Part shown: positions 14,046-28,152 of the stretch, in pieces
How the letters are laid out: every line of letters begins with the position of its first letter
Position numbering within the stretch: the first letter of the stretch is position 1
Source of the DNA: Octopus vulgaris
Lineage: Eukaryota
Assembly (NCBI GenBank): GCA_951406725.2
Contig: OX597831.1
Coordinates: forward strand, 4,836,001-4,900,000
Reading direction: 5' to 3'
DNA length: 64,000 bases
The notes under the pieces: generated by a model
What the model saw: only the letters and a program-made list of their open reading frames with translations
Databases searched by the model: none
Told to the model about the DNA's origin: nothing
Program-made: the position numbers and the translations under genes

Positions 14046-14337
14046 TGGCTCTGTGGTACGAAGCTTGTTTCCCAATCACATGGTTTCTGGTTCATTCCCT
14101 CTGCGTGGCTCCTTGGGCATGTGTCTTCTACTATAGCCTCGGGCCGATCAAAGCCTTGTGAGTGGATTTGGTAGAAGGAAACTGATAGAAGTTTCCGTCT
14201 GCCAAATCCACTCACAGGGCTTTGGTCGGCCCGAGGCTATAGTAGAAGACAACTGCCAAGGTTCTACGCAGTGGAACAGAACCCAGAACCATGTGGTTGG
14301 GAAGCAAGCTTCTTACCACACAGCCACGCTTGTGCCT
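14046..14337. mobile_element. Two SINE A 5' halves in inverted orientation
   Basis: + copy 14046-14182, - copy 14191-14337, 8-nt spacer. Confidence 0.9.
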
Positions 14338-14425
14338 AATATCATATAATATATGTGTGTATGTATATATACATATATATATATGTAGATATAGATTTAT
14401 GTATATATATATGTGTGTGTATGTG

Positions 14426-14473
<48 letters not shown>

Positions 14474-15024
14474 AACATACATCCATACGTGCCCTATACA
14501 CAAAGGCACACATGTGTCCCATCATTATCATATGTAATTCCATATATATTTTCGGAATATTTGTCTTCCTCCCTGGTGTAATTCGATGTTTCTTTTATAA
14601 ATGTTGTACTTGCTGCTATTATTGTTCTTGTTGTTTCATTATGCTCTCTTCCCCCCTCTCATCCACCACCACTGCCACCACCACCACCACCACTACGTGC
14701 CACCCAACCTTCCTCTGTCTGTTACAGTTATTTACTTTGTCAGTCATGCAGATGTCATATTAACAAGAACAAGATATGTTTCTACAGTAACAACTGTAAC
14801 AACATCGACAACACCACTACAACCAATACTACAACAAACACAATGACTATACCACTAGAAACAACATCCAGAACAATATCTTCACCATAGAAGTTCCACC
14901 GCTACTGCTACAACACTAATCCAACACCACTCACCAACACCATCAGCAAAGCCACTATACCTGTTTCGCCCATATATATATATATATATATACATATCTA
15001 TCTATATATCTATATATCTATCTA

Positions 15025-15091
<67 letters not shown>

Positions 15092-15309
15092 ATATTATAA
15101 TGGAATAATTACTATGAAGCATGGTGTAGAATATATTGTATAAAGGATCGTGGGTAAGGCCAGAGCAATGCGAAGTAAATGCAAGGCAATTCACAAGAAA
15201 ATAAATATATGAATTAATGTAGTCTTACCTTGTATTCAATATTTCGTGGTTATGACCCCATTTTCAAGAAATTAACATGCGTATTCGTTAATTCGTTAAT
15301 TTCTTGAAA

Positions 15310-15357
<48 letters not shown>

Positions 15358-15388
15358 TGTATGTATGTATATATGTATGTATGTATAT

Positions 15389-15463
<75 letters not shown>

Positions 15464-15949
15464 CGTGCAAAATGCCGCCCGTCCAATGGACGGTGCTGAG
15501 TTGTCAAACACTGATTTAGCCTAAATTTGGGACACCAGCAAAAGAAGAAATAAAGATAGACTTTTTTCTATTCCAAAGAAAAAAGATTTTATTCACACAA
15601 ATATGCAACCGAAGAGTTTAAAGTACCAGTAATGATAAGGCTGTTGACTGGAAGAACACAAACATGGTTTAAACAGCAAGCTTTGCAGGAAAGATATGTG
15701 CCTTTAAGCAGTACAAAATCAACAAAAAATGGATGGTGCAGTTATGTACAGGTTGACGGAAGAAAACAGGGCAAAAACGATGCTTGCAAATGGGTTAGCT
15801 GGAGGTAAATCTAAATGGAAAAGCATGATGAATTTATGAGAAGGTACCTGGGACAATAATAAGTTTATCCGATAAAACATATAGGAAATCAACATGGGGC
15901 GATTTTTGATGAAAAGCAACTACCTAGGGAACTAAGTAACTAATTTTAT

Positions 15950-16222
15950 TATTTCAAGCCAGGCGGCCTTTCTTGCGCAAAATGTACGTACATTTTTGTC
16001 GCTTACGCGTAGTATCGATCGCAAGTGCTGATGTACTTGCGCGTACAAATGCACGTTCCCACGGCTTTATCAATCGCATTCTCACCTGGAATCGATTTTT
16101 GAAATTTTTTCAAGACTTATACATGCCCTGATACCGTCAGTATCTACATATCAAATTTGAGCGCAATCGGGTGGAGGATGCCCGAGATCCTAGAAGACAG
16201 AACGGATTTTATATAATAGAAG

Positions 16223-16223
<1 letters not shown>
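15950..16223 (-). mobile_element. Helitron-like non-autonomous element, 5' part
   Basis: The - strand begins TCTTCTATTATATAAAATCCGTTCTGTC, typical of animal Helitron 5' termini. Confidence 0.5.
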
Positions 16224-16271
<48 letters not shown>

Positions 16272-16299
16272 TATATATATATAATCAATAAAAAAAGAT

Positions 16300-16629
16300 T
16301 TTTATGTCAATCACAGAGGATCAATTGTTGATTTTCATGCAAGAAAAACTTTGCTCACAAATATATACTTGCATCCAAAAACAGAAAGTATTTTCCCAGC
16401 AAACATCTTCACACATGGAAATTCGTCAGAGATGCACATATCATCAGCCACTAAGGGACCTGCTCAACTGGTTATGGTAAAACAATTGACAAGCAAATCT
16501 GTGGTATTGAGCAAAATACTTCCTGTAGCCCATCTTTTATACCAAGACAAAACAGTGTACATTATAACACTTCCAATCAGTTAAGATCAGAAGCCACGAG
16601 AGCCACTGCCTGCTACTGCATCATGGCAT
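16300..16629 (-). repeat. Interspersed repeat F abutting (TAA)n; second copy at 25730-25838
   Basis: Shared agcccatcttttatacca...atcagttaagatca...ccactgcctg.tactgcatca.ggcat; both copies directly adjoin (TTA)n. Confidence 0.7.
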
Positions 16630-16630
16630 A

Positions 16631-16717
<87 letters not shown>

Positions 16718-16773
16718 CATCATTATTATTATTATTATTATTATTATAATTCTTCTTCTTCTTCTTCTTCTTC

Positions 16774-16817
<44 letters not shown>

Positions 16818-16856
16818 TTTTATTATAATAATAATAATGAATAATAATTATTATTA

Positions 16857-16913
<57 letters not shown>

Positions 16914-17137
16914 ATCGTTATTATTATCATCATTATCATTATTACATCAAGATTTCGCTTTCTTAAACCAAGAATTCCATTCGTCGTGAGAATATGCCTT
17001 GGAATAATATTCATGCGAGAGACGCAAATGTGTTTACAGTTTGTAATCGCATATGATAGCAGAGTGGCAGAACATTATATCATATATATATATACAGAGA
17101 GAGAGACAGACAGACAGACAGAGATAGATAGATAGAC

Positions 17138-17206
<69 letters not shown>

Positions 17207-17351
17207 TGTATGCATACATACATGTATATTCGGGTGTATATTATATACATATGTGCATATCTGTGAATGACATTACATATTTTTATATACGTATATGTGT
17301 GTGTGATCATGCTTGTGCATATGTGTGTTTGCTTGTGTGTGTGTGAGAGAC

Positions 17352-17384
<33 letters not shown>

Positions 17385-17525
17385 GGAGAGAGAGAGAATT
17401 TGTGTGCGTGTTTAAGTTTATATACATTAATATACGCGTATGAATATATATATATATATAAGTTATGCATATATATATACATATATATACATATATATAT
17501 ACATATATATGTGTATGTATATATG

Positions 17526-17606
<81 letters not shown>

Positions 17607-17692
17607 GCATATATGTATGCATGTACGTTTATAAGTATGTATAATATATGTATATTTGCGAGTACATATACTTATATGCTTGTATGTGAATG

Positions 17693-17787
<95 letters not shown>

Positions 17788-17882
17788 CCATATGCTCTAT
17801 ATGTATGAATACACGCATGCAGGCGTAGTAACACACTATACATTATCAAACACCATTGTACAATGGCTGCCAGTGAGAAAGG

Positions 17883-17913
<31 letters not shown>

Positions 17914-18345
17914 TAAAAGAGAGAGGGAACAAAGACAGAAAGGGAGGAAGACATATGGTTGATATCAGGTGAAAGTCTGTTATAAGTGTTATAATATTGC
18001 GATAAAGTTTCACCAGTAAATTTATAATGACAGTGGAATGGGTTTTTTATTGTGGGGACGTGGCGATATCTCTTTGCATGTTTTAACACCAGAAAGATTG
18101 CATGTCACCTTGTTTTAAATGCAATATGGTTCATTTAGGAAGTTTTTACATCTGCACAGCACATACAACCCCTTCTAACCAGCACATACACACACAGGCA
18201 CATGCGCGCACACGGGTGTTCGCATATTTGTCCAGCTCTCTACCCCCTGCCTGTATAGGTAGGGGTCTAGAGAACCATATACGTATAGATTTTCATGAGT
18301 TCTCATTCGCAGACACTCGCAGACACACATACATAATCGCATATA

Positions 18346-18576
18346 TATTTCTTTACTACCCACAAGGGGCTAAACACAGAGGGGACAAACAAGGACAGAC
18401 AAACGGATTAAGTCGATTACATTGACTCCAGTGCGTAACTGGTACTTAATTTATCGACCCCGAAATGATGAAAGGCAAAGTCGACCTCGGCAGAATTTGA
18501 ACTCAGAACGTAGCAGCAGACGAAATACCGCTAAGAATTTCTCTCGGCGTGGTAACGATTCTGCCAGCTCGCCGCC
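18346..18576 (-). mobile_element. Full-length tRNA-derived SINE family B
   Basis: rc ggcggcgagctggcagaatcgtta...gagttcaaattc...gcctttcatc.tttcggggtcgataaa...gtagtaaagaaata. The central block resembles the Meta/MESC SINE domain (recalled, unverified). Confidence 0.85.
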
Positions 18577-18799
18577 TTTAGCATAACATATACATAGGTA
18601 TGTATTAATATACATGTACACATATGTGATTAAGTTTACGTATGTATAAATAAGTGTGTCTGTGTGTGTGTTTGTGTCTATACACACAGCAGATGTTCCC
18701 TTCTGAGTTACGTACATCATACGTATGAAGTATGTATGATGTTGTCATTGCAAAACTCTTTGTGTTGAGGCGCTTAAAAGCTAAGTACACACACGTATA

Positions 18800-19032
18800 C
18801 AGGTTTGGCCAAAAGTCACCTGACAGAAAACGAACACCGTTTAATTCCGAAATTTATTTATGTTTAACAACTGAAGGAATTTAATAAAAGCATCTAAATA
18901 TGAAACATCGTGAAAATTGTTCAAACTGAAGTCCTTTTCCGGCGTCATATTTTTCCATTCGAGTCAACACAGACTTACAGATAGTATTTAAGGAACTTTG
19001 ATTTACTGTCGGGTGACTTTTGGGCAACCCTG
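18800..19032. mobile_element. Tc1/mariner MITE (233 bp)
   Basis: 27-bp TIRs, CAGGTTTGGCCAAAAGTCACCTGACAG versus rc CAGGGTTGCCCAAAAGTCACCCGACAG (24/27), with TA on both sides. Confidence 0.85.
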
Positions 19033-19129
19033 TATATAGATAAATATCCTATGTATACATGCGCATACGCGCACACAGTCTTGTGTGTGTGTATATATAT
19101 ATATATGTATGCATGTATATATATATATA

Positions 19130-19335
19130 CAAAATGTGACCGCGTGTGTACCGTTGGCGATTTTTTTTCCTCTGTCTTCCCTTCTCTGGATCTTTCCTTC
19201 TCCTATGTTTCCGACGAAGAGCTCAGCTCGAAACGTTAAACCCTCTTTCTTTCCTTCTTTCCTGAGCGTCCAATAATACTATATTTGTTCCACGTCCTCG
19301 CGTTACTGTGTTTTTTTGTGCTTTCTTGTTTGGAT

Positions 19336-19342
<7 letters not shown>
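19130..19342 (+). mobile_element. Family C repeat with minimal HHR motif at 19207-19241
   Basis: gttt-CCGACGA-A-GAGC-TCA-GCTC-GAAAC-GTT-aaac; (TA)n on both sides. Confidence 0.72.
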
Positions 19343-19373
<31 letters not shown>

Positions 19374-20548
19374 TAAGGCTAGAATGCCGAGTGAAATGCT
19401 TGGCGGTATCTCGTCTGTCTTTATGTTCACAGTTCAAATTTCGACAAGGTCGACATTGCCTTTCATCCTTTGGAAGTCGATAAAATAAGTACCAGTTGCG
19501 TACCTGGGTTCGATCTAAGATTTCGGGTCTTGTGTCTAGATTAGAAAAGTATATATATACATTACTGACGATTTATATATATATATACATACGATGACTT
19601 TTGGGGAAGCGGTGTCGATTATGCAATTCTACACATAAAAATAATAAAGATTTCAAATGGGCAGCTTGTGGGAGGGGATTAAATCGATTACAGCGACCGA
19701 AGTGCGTAAGGATAAAAGGCAGAGTTGACCTCAACAGAATTTGAACTCAGAAGGTAGCGACGGGCAAAATAGCGCGAAGCATTTTGCCCAGCGCGCTAAC
19801 GATTCTGCCAGTTCGCAAATATTTTGTAAGTCTAAAGCTTATAAAATAAATAGTTTAATATTGGAGCATATAAACCCTCGATGGAAAAACGTACGGTTTT
19901 CCGTACTCGTGCGACTCGAACCCACCCCTCAATGTTTATATATATTTATATACAAATGTAAGTGGGTGGGACTGTTTGTCTGTCTGTATGTCCGTATGTG
20001 TGTGCATGTGGTTCTACATATGTTGTTTCGGTTAATAATTCCGTTTCGTCATTATGAGACCGCGTGTTCGATTCCTCTGCCAAATACTTCTAGCTTGTTT
20101 TCTGATCTATAATTTTTAATTGATTCGAACCCTTGTGATAGAACCTGTATCGTCAACGACTGGAGTGGAATCCTTATTAGATCGTGTAATTTTTCTTCTT
20201 TCCTTTATAAATTGTTGGTAGTTCAGTAAGTGAGACACAGAAGACCAACACAAAGATTGATTGCTTCCAGGATATTTCTACCTTGTGAAAAAGTTCATAA
20301 AGCAAGTTATTACAATAGACTTGACTACAAACGAATTTCAGTTCTGTTCAAATTTGTATATGTACGTATGTATGTATGTATGCATGTATGTATGTATGTA
20401 TGTATGTATGTATGTATGTATGTATGTATGTATGTATGTATGTATGTGTGTGTGCGTGTATGTATGTGTGTGTAAAATTTGAACAGAACTGAAATTTGTT
20501 TGTAGTCAAGTCTATATATACACACATATATACACACACACACACAGT

Positions 20549-20930
20549 GGAGGCGCAGTAGCCCAGTGGTTAAAGCAGCGGACTCGCGGTCACAGGATCG
20601 CGGTTTCGATTCCCAGACCAGGCGTTGTGAGTGCTTATTGAGCGAAAACATCTAAAGCTCAACAAAGCTCCAGCAGGGGATGGTAGCGATCCCTGCTGCA
20701 CACTTACACATCAACTTTCTCTCACTCTTTCTTCCTGTTTCTGTTGTACTTGTAATTCAAAGGGCCAGCTTTTCTGTGCCACGCTGAATCTCCTTGAGAA
20801 CTACGTTAAGGGTAAACGTGTCTGTGGAGTGCTCAGCCACTTGCACGTTAATTTCACGAGCAGGCTGTTCCGTTGATCGGATCGACTGGAACCCTCGACG
20901 TCGTAAGCGACAGAGTGCCAACAACAACAA
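20549..20930 (+). mobile_element. tRNA-derived SINE family D (octopus OR-like)
   Basis: A-box tagcccagtgg, B-box gtttcgattccc, tail ctacgttaagggt...gcaggctgttccgttgatc...(caa)n. Relatives at 33870-34150 (-) and 8195-8323 (-). Confidence 0.8.
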
Positions 20931-20981
20931 TACACACACACACAAACATACACACACACACACACACAAATATATATATAT

Positions 20982-21179
20982 ATGACCTCGTGAGTACCGC
21001 TGGCGATTTTTTTCCTCTGTCTTCCCTTCTCGGGATCTTTCCTTCTCCTATGTTTCCGACGAAGAGCTCCGCTCGAAACGTTAAACCCTCTTCTTCTCTT
21101 CTTTCTTGGGCGTCCAATAATACTTTATTTGTTCCACGTCCTTGCGTTGTTGTGTTTTTTTGTGTGTTCTTGTTTGGAT

Positions 21180-21186
<7 letters not shown>
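20982..21186 (+). mobile_element. Family C repeat with minimal HHR motif at 21052-21086
   Basis: gttt-CCGACGA-A-GAGC-TCC-GCTC-GAAAC-GTT-aaac; (TA)n on both sides. Confidence 0.72.
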
Positions 21187-21219
<33 letters not shown>

Positions 21220-21730
21220 GAAATGTCCTGGAAGTAATATTCTGTTGGATGAATAGATAGATAGATAGATAGATATAGATATAGACACACACACGCTCAC
21301 GTAGCTGTGGTTAAGAAACTTGCTTTCCCAGTATTTCGTCTGTTTTTAGTTTCTTTGCCCACTACCTTGAGTGTAGCCCCTGGTCGACAAAACTATTTTA
21401 CATAAACAGAAACTATAAAAAGCCCATCGTGAATAAGTATATAAATATAAAACATCGGCCTATAACTAACATCGCTTTGGCTTGAAATATAATTTTTTTA
21501 AATGTATATACATGTGTGTGTCTTTGTGTTTATCCGGCACTACCGTTCTATTACCGGTGTTGGTTTGTTTAATCTCTGCAAAAGATTCCGTTGGGACATG
21601 GGAACAGACTTAAAACCATATATGTACAAGGGACGATCTATTCGACAGAACCTTTCAAAGAGGACCCTAGCGTGGCCGCAGCCCAATCATTGAAAACAAG
21701 TAAATGACTATACGTATGCTTGTGTGTGTT

Positions 21731-21792
<62 letters not shown>

Positions 21793-22325
21793 GGGGTGGG
21801 GATATACGTTATGCAGTCAACGACCTCAAGTCACTCTCAGCTCTGAACCTCATTAACCCACATCCCTTCCGATAGGAAGTTCACATCACATTTTTCCGCC
21901 CTCTTGCACCGTCTCTAACATGTAACATTATATCAATAATTAAACAGTCACATGACACAATATTTCTAATTTCTTCCTTAGATGCTGACCTTCACCACAT
22001 CTTCCTTCGATGGATGCTCTCTATAACAATCTGTTAATGTTTTTAACTGCATCATAACACACTCTTTATTTCAGTTTAGGAAGAACTAGGACTTATTTAT
22101 CTTTATTTCAGACGGGCTGCACCCTCGTAAATGCTACTATTTGCAACTCATTCCCCCAACCGTTTTGTACCTCTGAGTACGTCATTAATTAAATCCTCTT
22201 AATTCTTCGGTCTGGTGAATTTACAAACTCTAAGGTTCATGGGAAGTACTAAGGATCATCGTCGTAAATATTGATATTTTAATACGGGTTAACTACGGGG
22301 TTTGAAGGAGTGGGCAGAAAGTAAA

Positions 22326-22960
22326 CTCAGAGACGGAGGGCGAGAGAGAGAGGGGGAGATGGAAAGAAAGGGAGAGAAGCAGGAGGGTGAGAGAGAGACA
22401 GGGAGGCAGAGGAATGCAGAGAGAGGAAGAGAGAGAGAGAGGAGGAAGAGAGGGGAAGGGTGAGAGAGAGACAGAGATGCAGAGGGATGCAGAGAGAAGA
22501 GATAGAGACATAAAGATGTAGACACAGAGAGAGGAGGAAGAGCGGGGAAGGCTGACAGAGATGCAGGGGATGCAGAGAGAGGAAGGGAGAGACGGAGATG
22601 CAGAGGGATGCAGAGAGAGGAAGAGAGAGATAAAGATGTAGAGAGAGACAGGGAGAGAGAGAAGGGAATGGGAAAGGTTTAGAGGGAGGGTGAAAAGAGA
22701 GAGACAGATACAGAGAGAGATATGGAGGAGAGAAGAAGGAAGAAACAGAGAGAAGCAGAGAGAGGGGAAGACGTAGGGAGACGGGGCAAAAATGAGACAG
22801 AGAGTGAAGGAGAGTGTAAGACAGTGAGAGAGTGAGAGAAGGAAACTCAGAGAGATAGGCAAACAGTGAGACACAGAGAAGGAGAGACAAACAGGGGCAG
22901 AGAGAGAGAGAGAGGCGGGGAGGAAGGGATGGAAAAAGGGAAACATGGTGAGGGAGGGAA
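22326..22960. repeat. Purine-rich AG low-complexity tract with recurring gagatgcagagggatgcagagag unit
   Basis: Direct. Confidence 0.9.
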
Positions 22961-23009
22961 GCCATCGTTTTGTATAATGGAGTTTAATGTATTATTGTCT
23001 AAAACAATA

Positions 23010-23189
23010 GGCGTGGGAGTGGCTGTGTGGTAAGTAGCTTGCTTACCAACCACATGTTCCGGGTTCAGTCCCACTGCATGGAACACTTGGGCATGTGTCT
23101 CGTACTATAGCCTCGGGCCGACCAAAGCCTTTTGAGTGGATTTGGTAGACGGAAACTGAAAGAAGCCCCTCGTATATATGTATATATAC

Positions 23190-23222
<33 letters not shown>

Positions 23223-23490
23223 CATATATATATATGTATATATATATATATATGTATATATATATGTGTATGTATGTATGTATGTATGTATGTATGTATG
23301 CATGTATGTATGTATGTATATATATATATATATGTTTGTGTGTCTGTGTTTGTCCCCGTCACCTAGCGGTTCAGCAAGAGAGACCGCTAGAATAAGTACT
23401 AGGTTTACAAAGAATAAGTCCTGGGGTTGATTTGCTCGACTGAAGCTGGTGTCCCAGCATGGCCGCAGTCAAATGACTGAAATAAATAAA
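23010..23490 (+). mobile_element. Full-length tRNA-derived SINE family A with internal (TA)/(TATG) microsatellite
   Basis: A-box tggctgtgtgg, B-box ggttcagtccc, body cttgggca...ggaaactgaaagaagccc, tail ccagcatggccgcagtcaaatgactgaaa. Confidence 0.9.
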
Positions 23491-23987
23491 GAATAAAAAA
23501 AGATAAAGAATAAAACATTTTCGTTTTTATGGTACATTTTTCTATTTAACTTTTAGCATAAAATTGTGAATTCATACAATATCGTTCAGTTCAGTTGATT
23601 TCAGGAGTGGAAAAGACAGACAGGGTTTCGAACCCTTGTCTACCGACGGAGTGACGGAGTTTCGCTAACTTTAACTCGGTCTCTTCCTCCTCTCTGATGA
23701 AGGACAATAACCTGCTGAAACGTTGTTCTCCACCACCACCACCACCAAAAACAACACCGATATCGCCGCAACCATTGCTACCACTACAACCGCCACCACC
23801 ACCACCACCACAACAACAACAACAAGAGCAACCATTACTGCTAGAACTACTCTAACTACTACCCAGAGCAATTAGCAGTTTCTCTAATCTTTATATAACT
23901 GAACGCGTCAAGTGTCCAGTGACAAATATTAATTGTTATATGATGTAAGTTTGGGGAGATTGCAGAGATAATGGAAAACGAATGCGG

Positions 23988-24272
<285 letters not shown>

Positions 24273-24490
24273 ACAGGGATATTACGACACGAAGGCGAAG
24301 AATGACAAGAATGTCAGCTGATTCAAGACATCTTGTAGAAGCCACACTTGGGTTTGCTGACGTCATCAGAGATCGATGTATTTGCACATCACCCATGCGC
24401 AGTCTTATACTTTCACTTTTATTCCGAAATTGAAGTAATTATTCATGCATTTGTGTACACACACACACACAAATGTATATATATATATAT

Positions 24491-24640
24491 TCTCTCTGTG
24501 TATCTTTCTGTTGAAGAGCGTAGGCTCGAAACGTTAAAGACTTGTTTTATTTATATTTCCTGAGCGCCATACTAATACAATTGTTTGTTTGTTTTCCACC
24601 TGCCTTCGTCTTTTGTCTATTTTCATAAAGCTTCCCGTTA
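24491..24640 (+). mobile_element. Divergent family C-like repeat with HHR-like motif at 24503-24540
   Basis: tcttt-CTGTTGA-A-GAGC-GTAG-GCTC-GAAAC-GTT-aaaga. Helix I differs in sequence but still pairs over 5 bp; (TA)n flanks. Confidence 0.62.
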
Positions 24641-24747
24641 TATATATATAATATTGATACATATACATATACACAAATGTATGCATATACTAACAGATAT
24701 ATCAAGCCATACGTAACACCTATTTTATATATTATACGTATTTACTT

Positions 24748-24985
24748 ATGCAAGGTGTGTTCAAAGCGAGTATGTCTTTATTTTTCCCGCCAAAACTAAT
24801 GCCACCTGGGCAAAATTCTTTGGGTGAGAGGTGACACCGGCCTTCCTGCGCATGCATGAATATTTTCGCGCCGATAGGCCGCGACAGCTTTGAGCTATTA
24901 CACCTCGAGTTCAGACGTGTTGCGCGCCCTCGTCGGATTTTCGTTCTCACCCGAACGCTTCGAGCAGAGATATTGCATCAATTCC
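24748..24985 (+). mobile_element. Mariner 5' end relic
   Basis: TIR-like caaggtgtgttcaaa; ERFEQRYCIN resembles a mariner transposase N-terminus. Confidence 0.6.
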
Positions 24986-25019
24986 TTCATACCGCCTTAC
25001 AACCAGTTTCTCTAGATGT

Positions 25020-25720
25020 CGAGGACCTTTCTTATAACCCTTACTGTCCCCAGTAAAGCAGATTTCTGAATTAATGCCTCTCTTGTAGCTACACCAAACT
25101 CAGTAAGGAAGCTTTCAAGTTTGTTGATGACAGTATGTGGGTCATTAAAATAACTGGGATTACTTTTGTAGAGAGCTTCCACCTTCGTAGTATTACCTTA
25201 GCAGCCAAATCCTGTTTTTTACCCATTTTCTCTTGTTCTTTGACCGCTACATTCATCCCTACATTTATGACCGCAGATATAGTCACATCTATGATGGTGC
25301 AATTTTTTCTCCTTGTCAAGTACCATGATGTCTGGTCGGCTGGTAGAAATTTTGCGATCGGTCTTTATATCAAAATTCATAAACTCTTCTATTGTTTGTT
25401 TTCTCTTACAGTTTCTGGTTGATGTAACATTTCCTTCCTACTTGATATCCGCTTAGCTTCGTAATATATCCGAGTGTGCCTGTGACCATATCCTTTCTGC
25501 GCGAAAGAACTGCAGGAACTTTTTATGCTCATAATAGATTCCTCTTCCTCATTACACTTTTCGCCGATTTGTATGTTTTGGCCTTAATGCTATTCGTTCG
25601 CAACGACTGGCTTTGAGAAGCCATTATGAATCTTTCTGTTTCTTTCTTGATCTCTTCATTCTTTAACACCCATGTTTCCAGAGGTGAATTATTCAAACAC
25701 CAAAGAATCCCTCTCAACAC
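25020..25720 (-). mobile_element. Degenerate R4/Dong-type retrotransposon 3' region (RLE domain)
   Basis: WVLKNEEIKKETERFIMASQSQSLRT, then RPDIMVLDK and CTIIDVT...KEQEKMGKKQDLA...RRW...VIPVI in shifting frames. Confidence 0.72.
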
Positions 25721-26407
25721 ATGGCTATGAAGCCCATCTTTTATACCATGACAAAAAAAAAATAAACGTGATAACCCTTCATATCAGTTAAGATCATAGG
25801 CCACAAGAACCACTGCCTGGTACTGCATCAGGGCATTTATTATTATTATTATTATTATTATTAGTAGTAGTAGTAGTAGTAGTATTTGTACCATAGCGAC
25901 CGTGTCACACACATTGAAGGAGATCGCACACTCGGTATTTTTTGGCAACCAATTTTTATCGCACACCCCATACCCGAGAAAATGAAAGGCACAACTGACC
26001 GTCACCACACCAGAACCTAAAGAAAACTTATTCCACCTACACCGTAAAGGATCTTACCTCACCGTTTCTACCGAACCCCAAAAGTTACACCGATTTTCCC
26101 CTCACCACCATGACGCGATGTACTTCCACCACTGTTCGAAGTCGCAAAACATAACGAAGACATATATCATGCGAGGGATGTTGGATGTTGGCCGCTGTTG
26201 GTTTTGGACAATAAACAGATGATAGCAGACTCAAAACAGACAAATCGAAATGCGCACAATGTAAATAAACACCCTCCAAAACAAACACACACATAGACAT
26301 AGGGTTACATATTTATACACATTCAACATGTATATATATATATATACAAATGTACATATGTATCCATCTATCTATATCTATTGATACATACAAGCAGATA
26401 ACAGACG

Positions 26408-26461
<54 letters not shown>

Positions 26462-26697
26462 TGTATGTATGTATGTATATATATATATATGTGTGTGTGT
26501 GTGCATGTATATATCTATGTATATATATATGTATGTATATATGTATATATATGCATACACATACGTATATACATGGTTATACATATATATGTAATATCAT
26601 ACATACACACACGCACACGCAGAGTCGCAGATACTCACACACACAGACGCAGATACACACGCACGCGCGTGAGAAAACACACACACATACATACACA

Positions 26698-26760
<63 letters not shown>

Positions 26761-26902
26761 CTATATTATATTTGAACATTCGTTTCGGATCGACTAAAAA
26801 TATGTGATGATCGATTGAAGCTAATGGCGCCCACAAAACCGTTAGTTGACTTTTTCATTCAATGTATCATAGTTCAAACGTAGCATGCGTTGTGTGTGCG
26901 TG

Positions 26903-26943
<41 letters not shown>

Positions 26944-27154
26944 ATAATATGTGTATGTGTGTATTAATGAAGTTGTTTAATGAACTTACATACACACATA
27001 CAGTCAGTATAGTAGTCGCATACACTCAATCCCCCCTCACACACACATATACACGCGCACACACAATGAAATGACCGACGCAAAGATGACATCTTGACTT
27101 ATAAATGTCTGCTCGTCTCTAACGCTGCTTCCAGACAGAACTCTACACAAATAC

Positions 27155-27254
<100 letters not shown>

Positions 27255-27534
27255 AGGCGCCATTTTGCCGGGTCGTTAGAGCAGACCGTCGGATAGATTG
27301 CTTTGCGGTAATCGTTCCGGTTCTCTGCGTCTCTAAGTTCAATCTCTGACGAGGTCAACTTTGTCTTTCCACCCTTTTGATGTCGTTTCTTACTATACAT
27401 CTCTTCCTCGCTTTCTGGAACCGGCATTGCTCATAGACAAAAATAGGTTCACGCTCTCTTAGATGTCCAAGACATGCCGTGTGTGCCGACACCGCTCTTA
27501 CGGCTTCATCAAGGGCTCAAGGGACCATGACATG

Positions 27535-27638
<104 letters not shown>

Positions 27639-27737
27639 GTATATATATATATATGTGTGTGTGTGTGCGTATATATATAAATATATATATATGTTATATA
27701 TATATGCATGTTTTATACATGCATATATATATATATC

Positions 27738-27950
27738 AATCCAAGTAAACGAAGAACAAACTCAAAAAAGCAACAACTTTTCGAGTACGTGGGACATGTA
27801 AAGTATTAGGAAATGCTCAGGGAAGGAAAAAAAGATGGTTTAACGTTTCGAGCAGAGCTCTTTTTCAGGAACAGAGGAAAGTCCGATAGAAAAGGAAGAC
27901 GGAGAAAGATAATCGCCAACGATTCACATGTAGTTACATTTTGAAAATTG
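27738..27950 (-). mobile_element. Divergent family C repeat with degenerate HHR motif at 27838-27872
   Basis: Reverse complement: gttc-CTGAAAA-A-GAGC-TCT-GCTC-GAAAC-GTT-aaac; flanks are homologous to family C (gttggcgatt...ttggatt). Confidence 0.62.
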
Positions 27951-28040
<90 letters not shown>

Positions 28041-28152
28041 CAGTTGAACATATAAGTGGTTAAGAAGGTGGAAAAATAGTACTTGAATACCAAAGGTAGA
28101 TTAATATACTTTTTATTGAAACAGCAAAATTTTCACGGAACTGTTAATTATA

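Noticed and set aside
20549-20625. tRNA gene
   Set aside because: The A/B boxes run into a SINE body and tail, and the acceptor stem is not intact.
21830-22290. Possible PLE GIY-YIG relic
   Set aside because: Only a vague resemblance; no motif could be read convincingly.
23690-23730. CTGATGA...GAAACGTT hammerhead-like string
   Set aside because: No helix I pairing, and 3 extra nt between helix II and GAAA.
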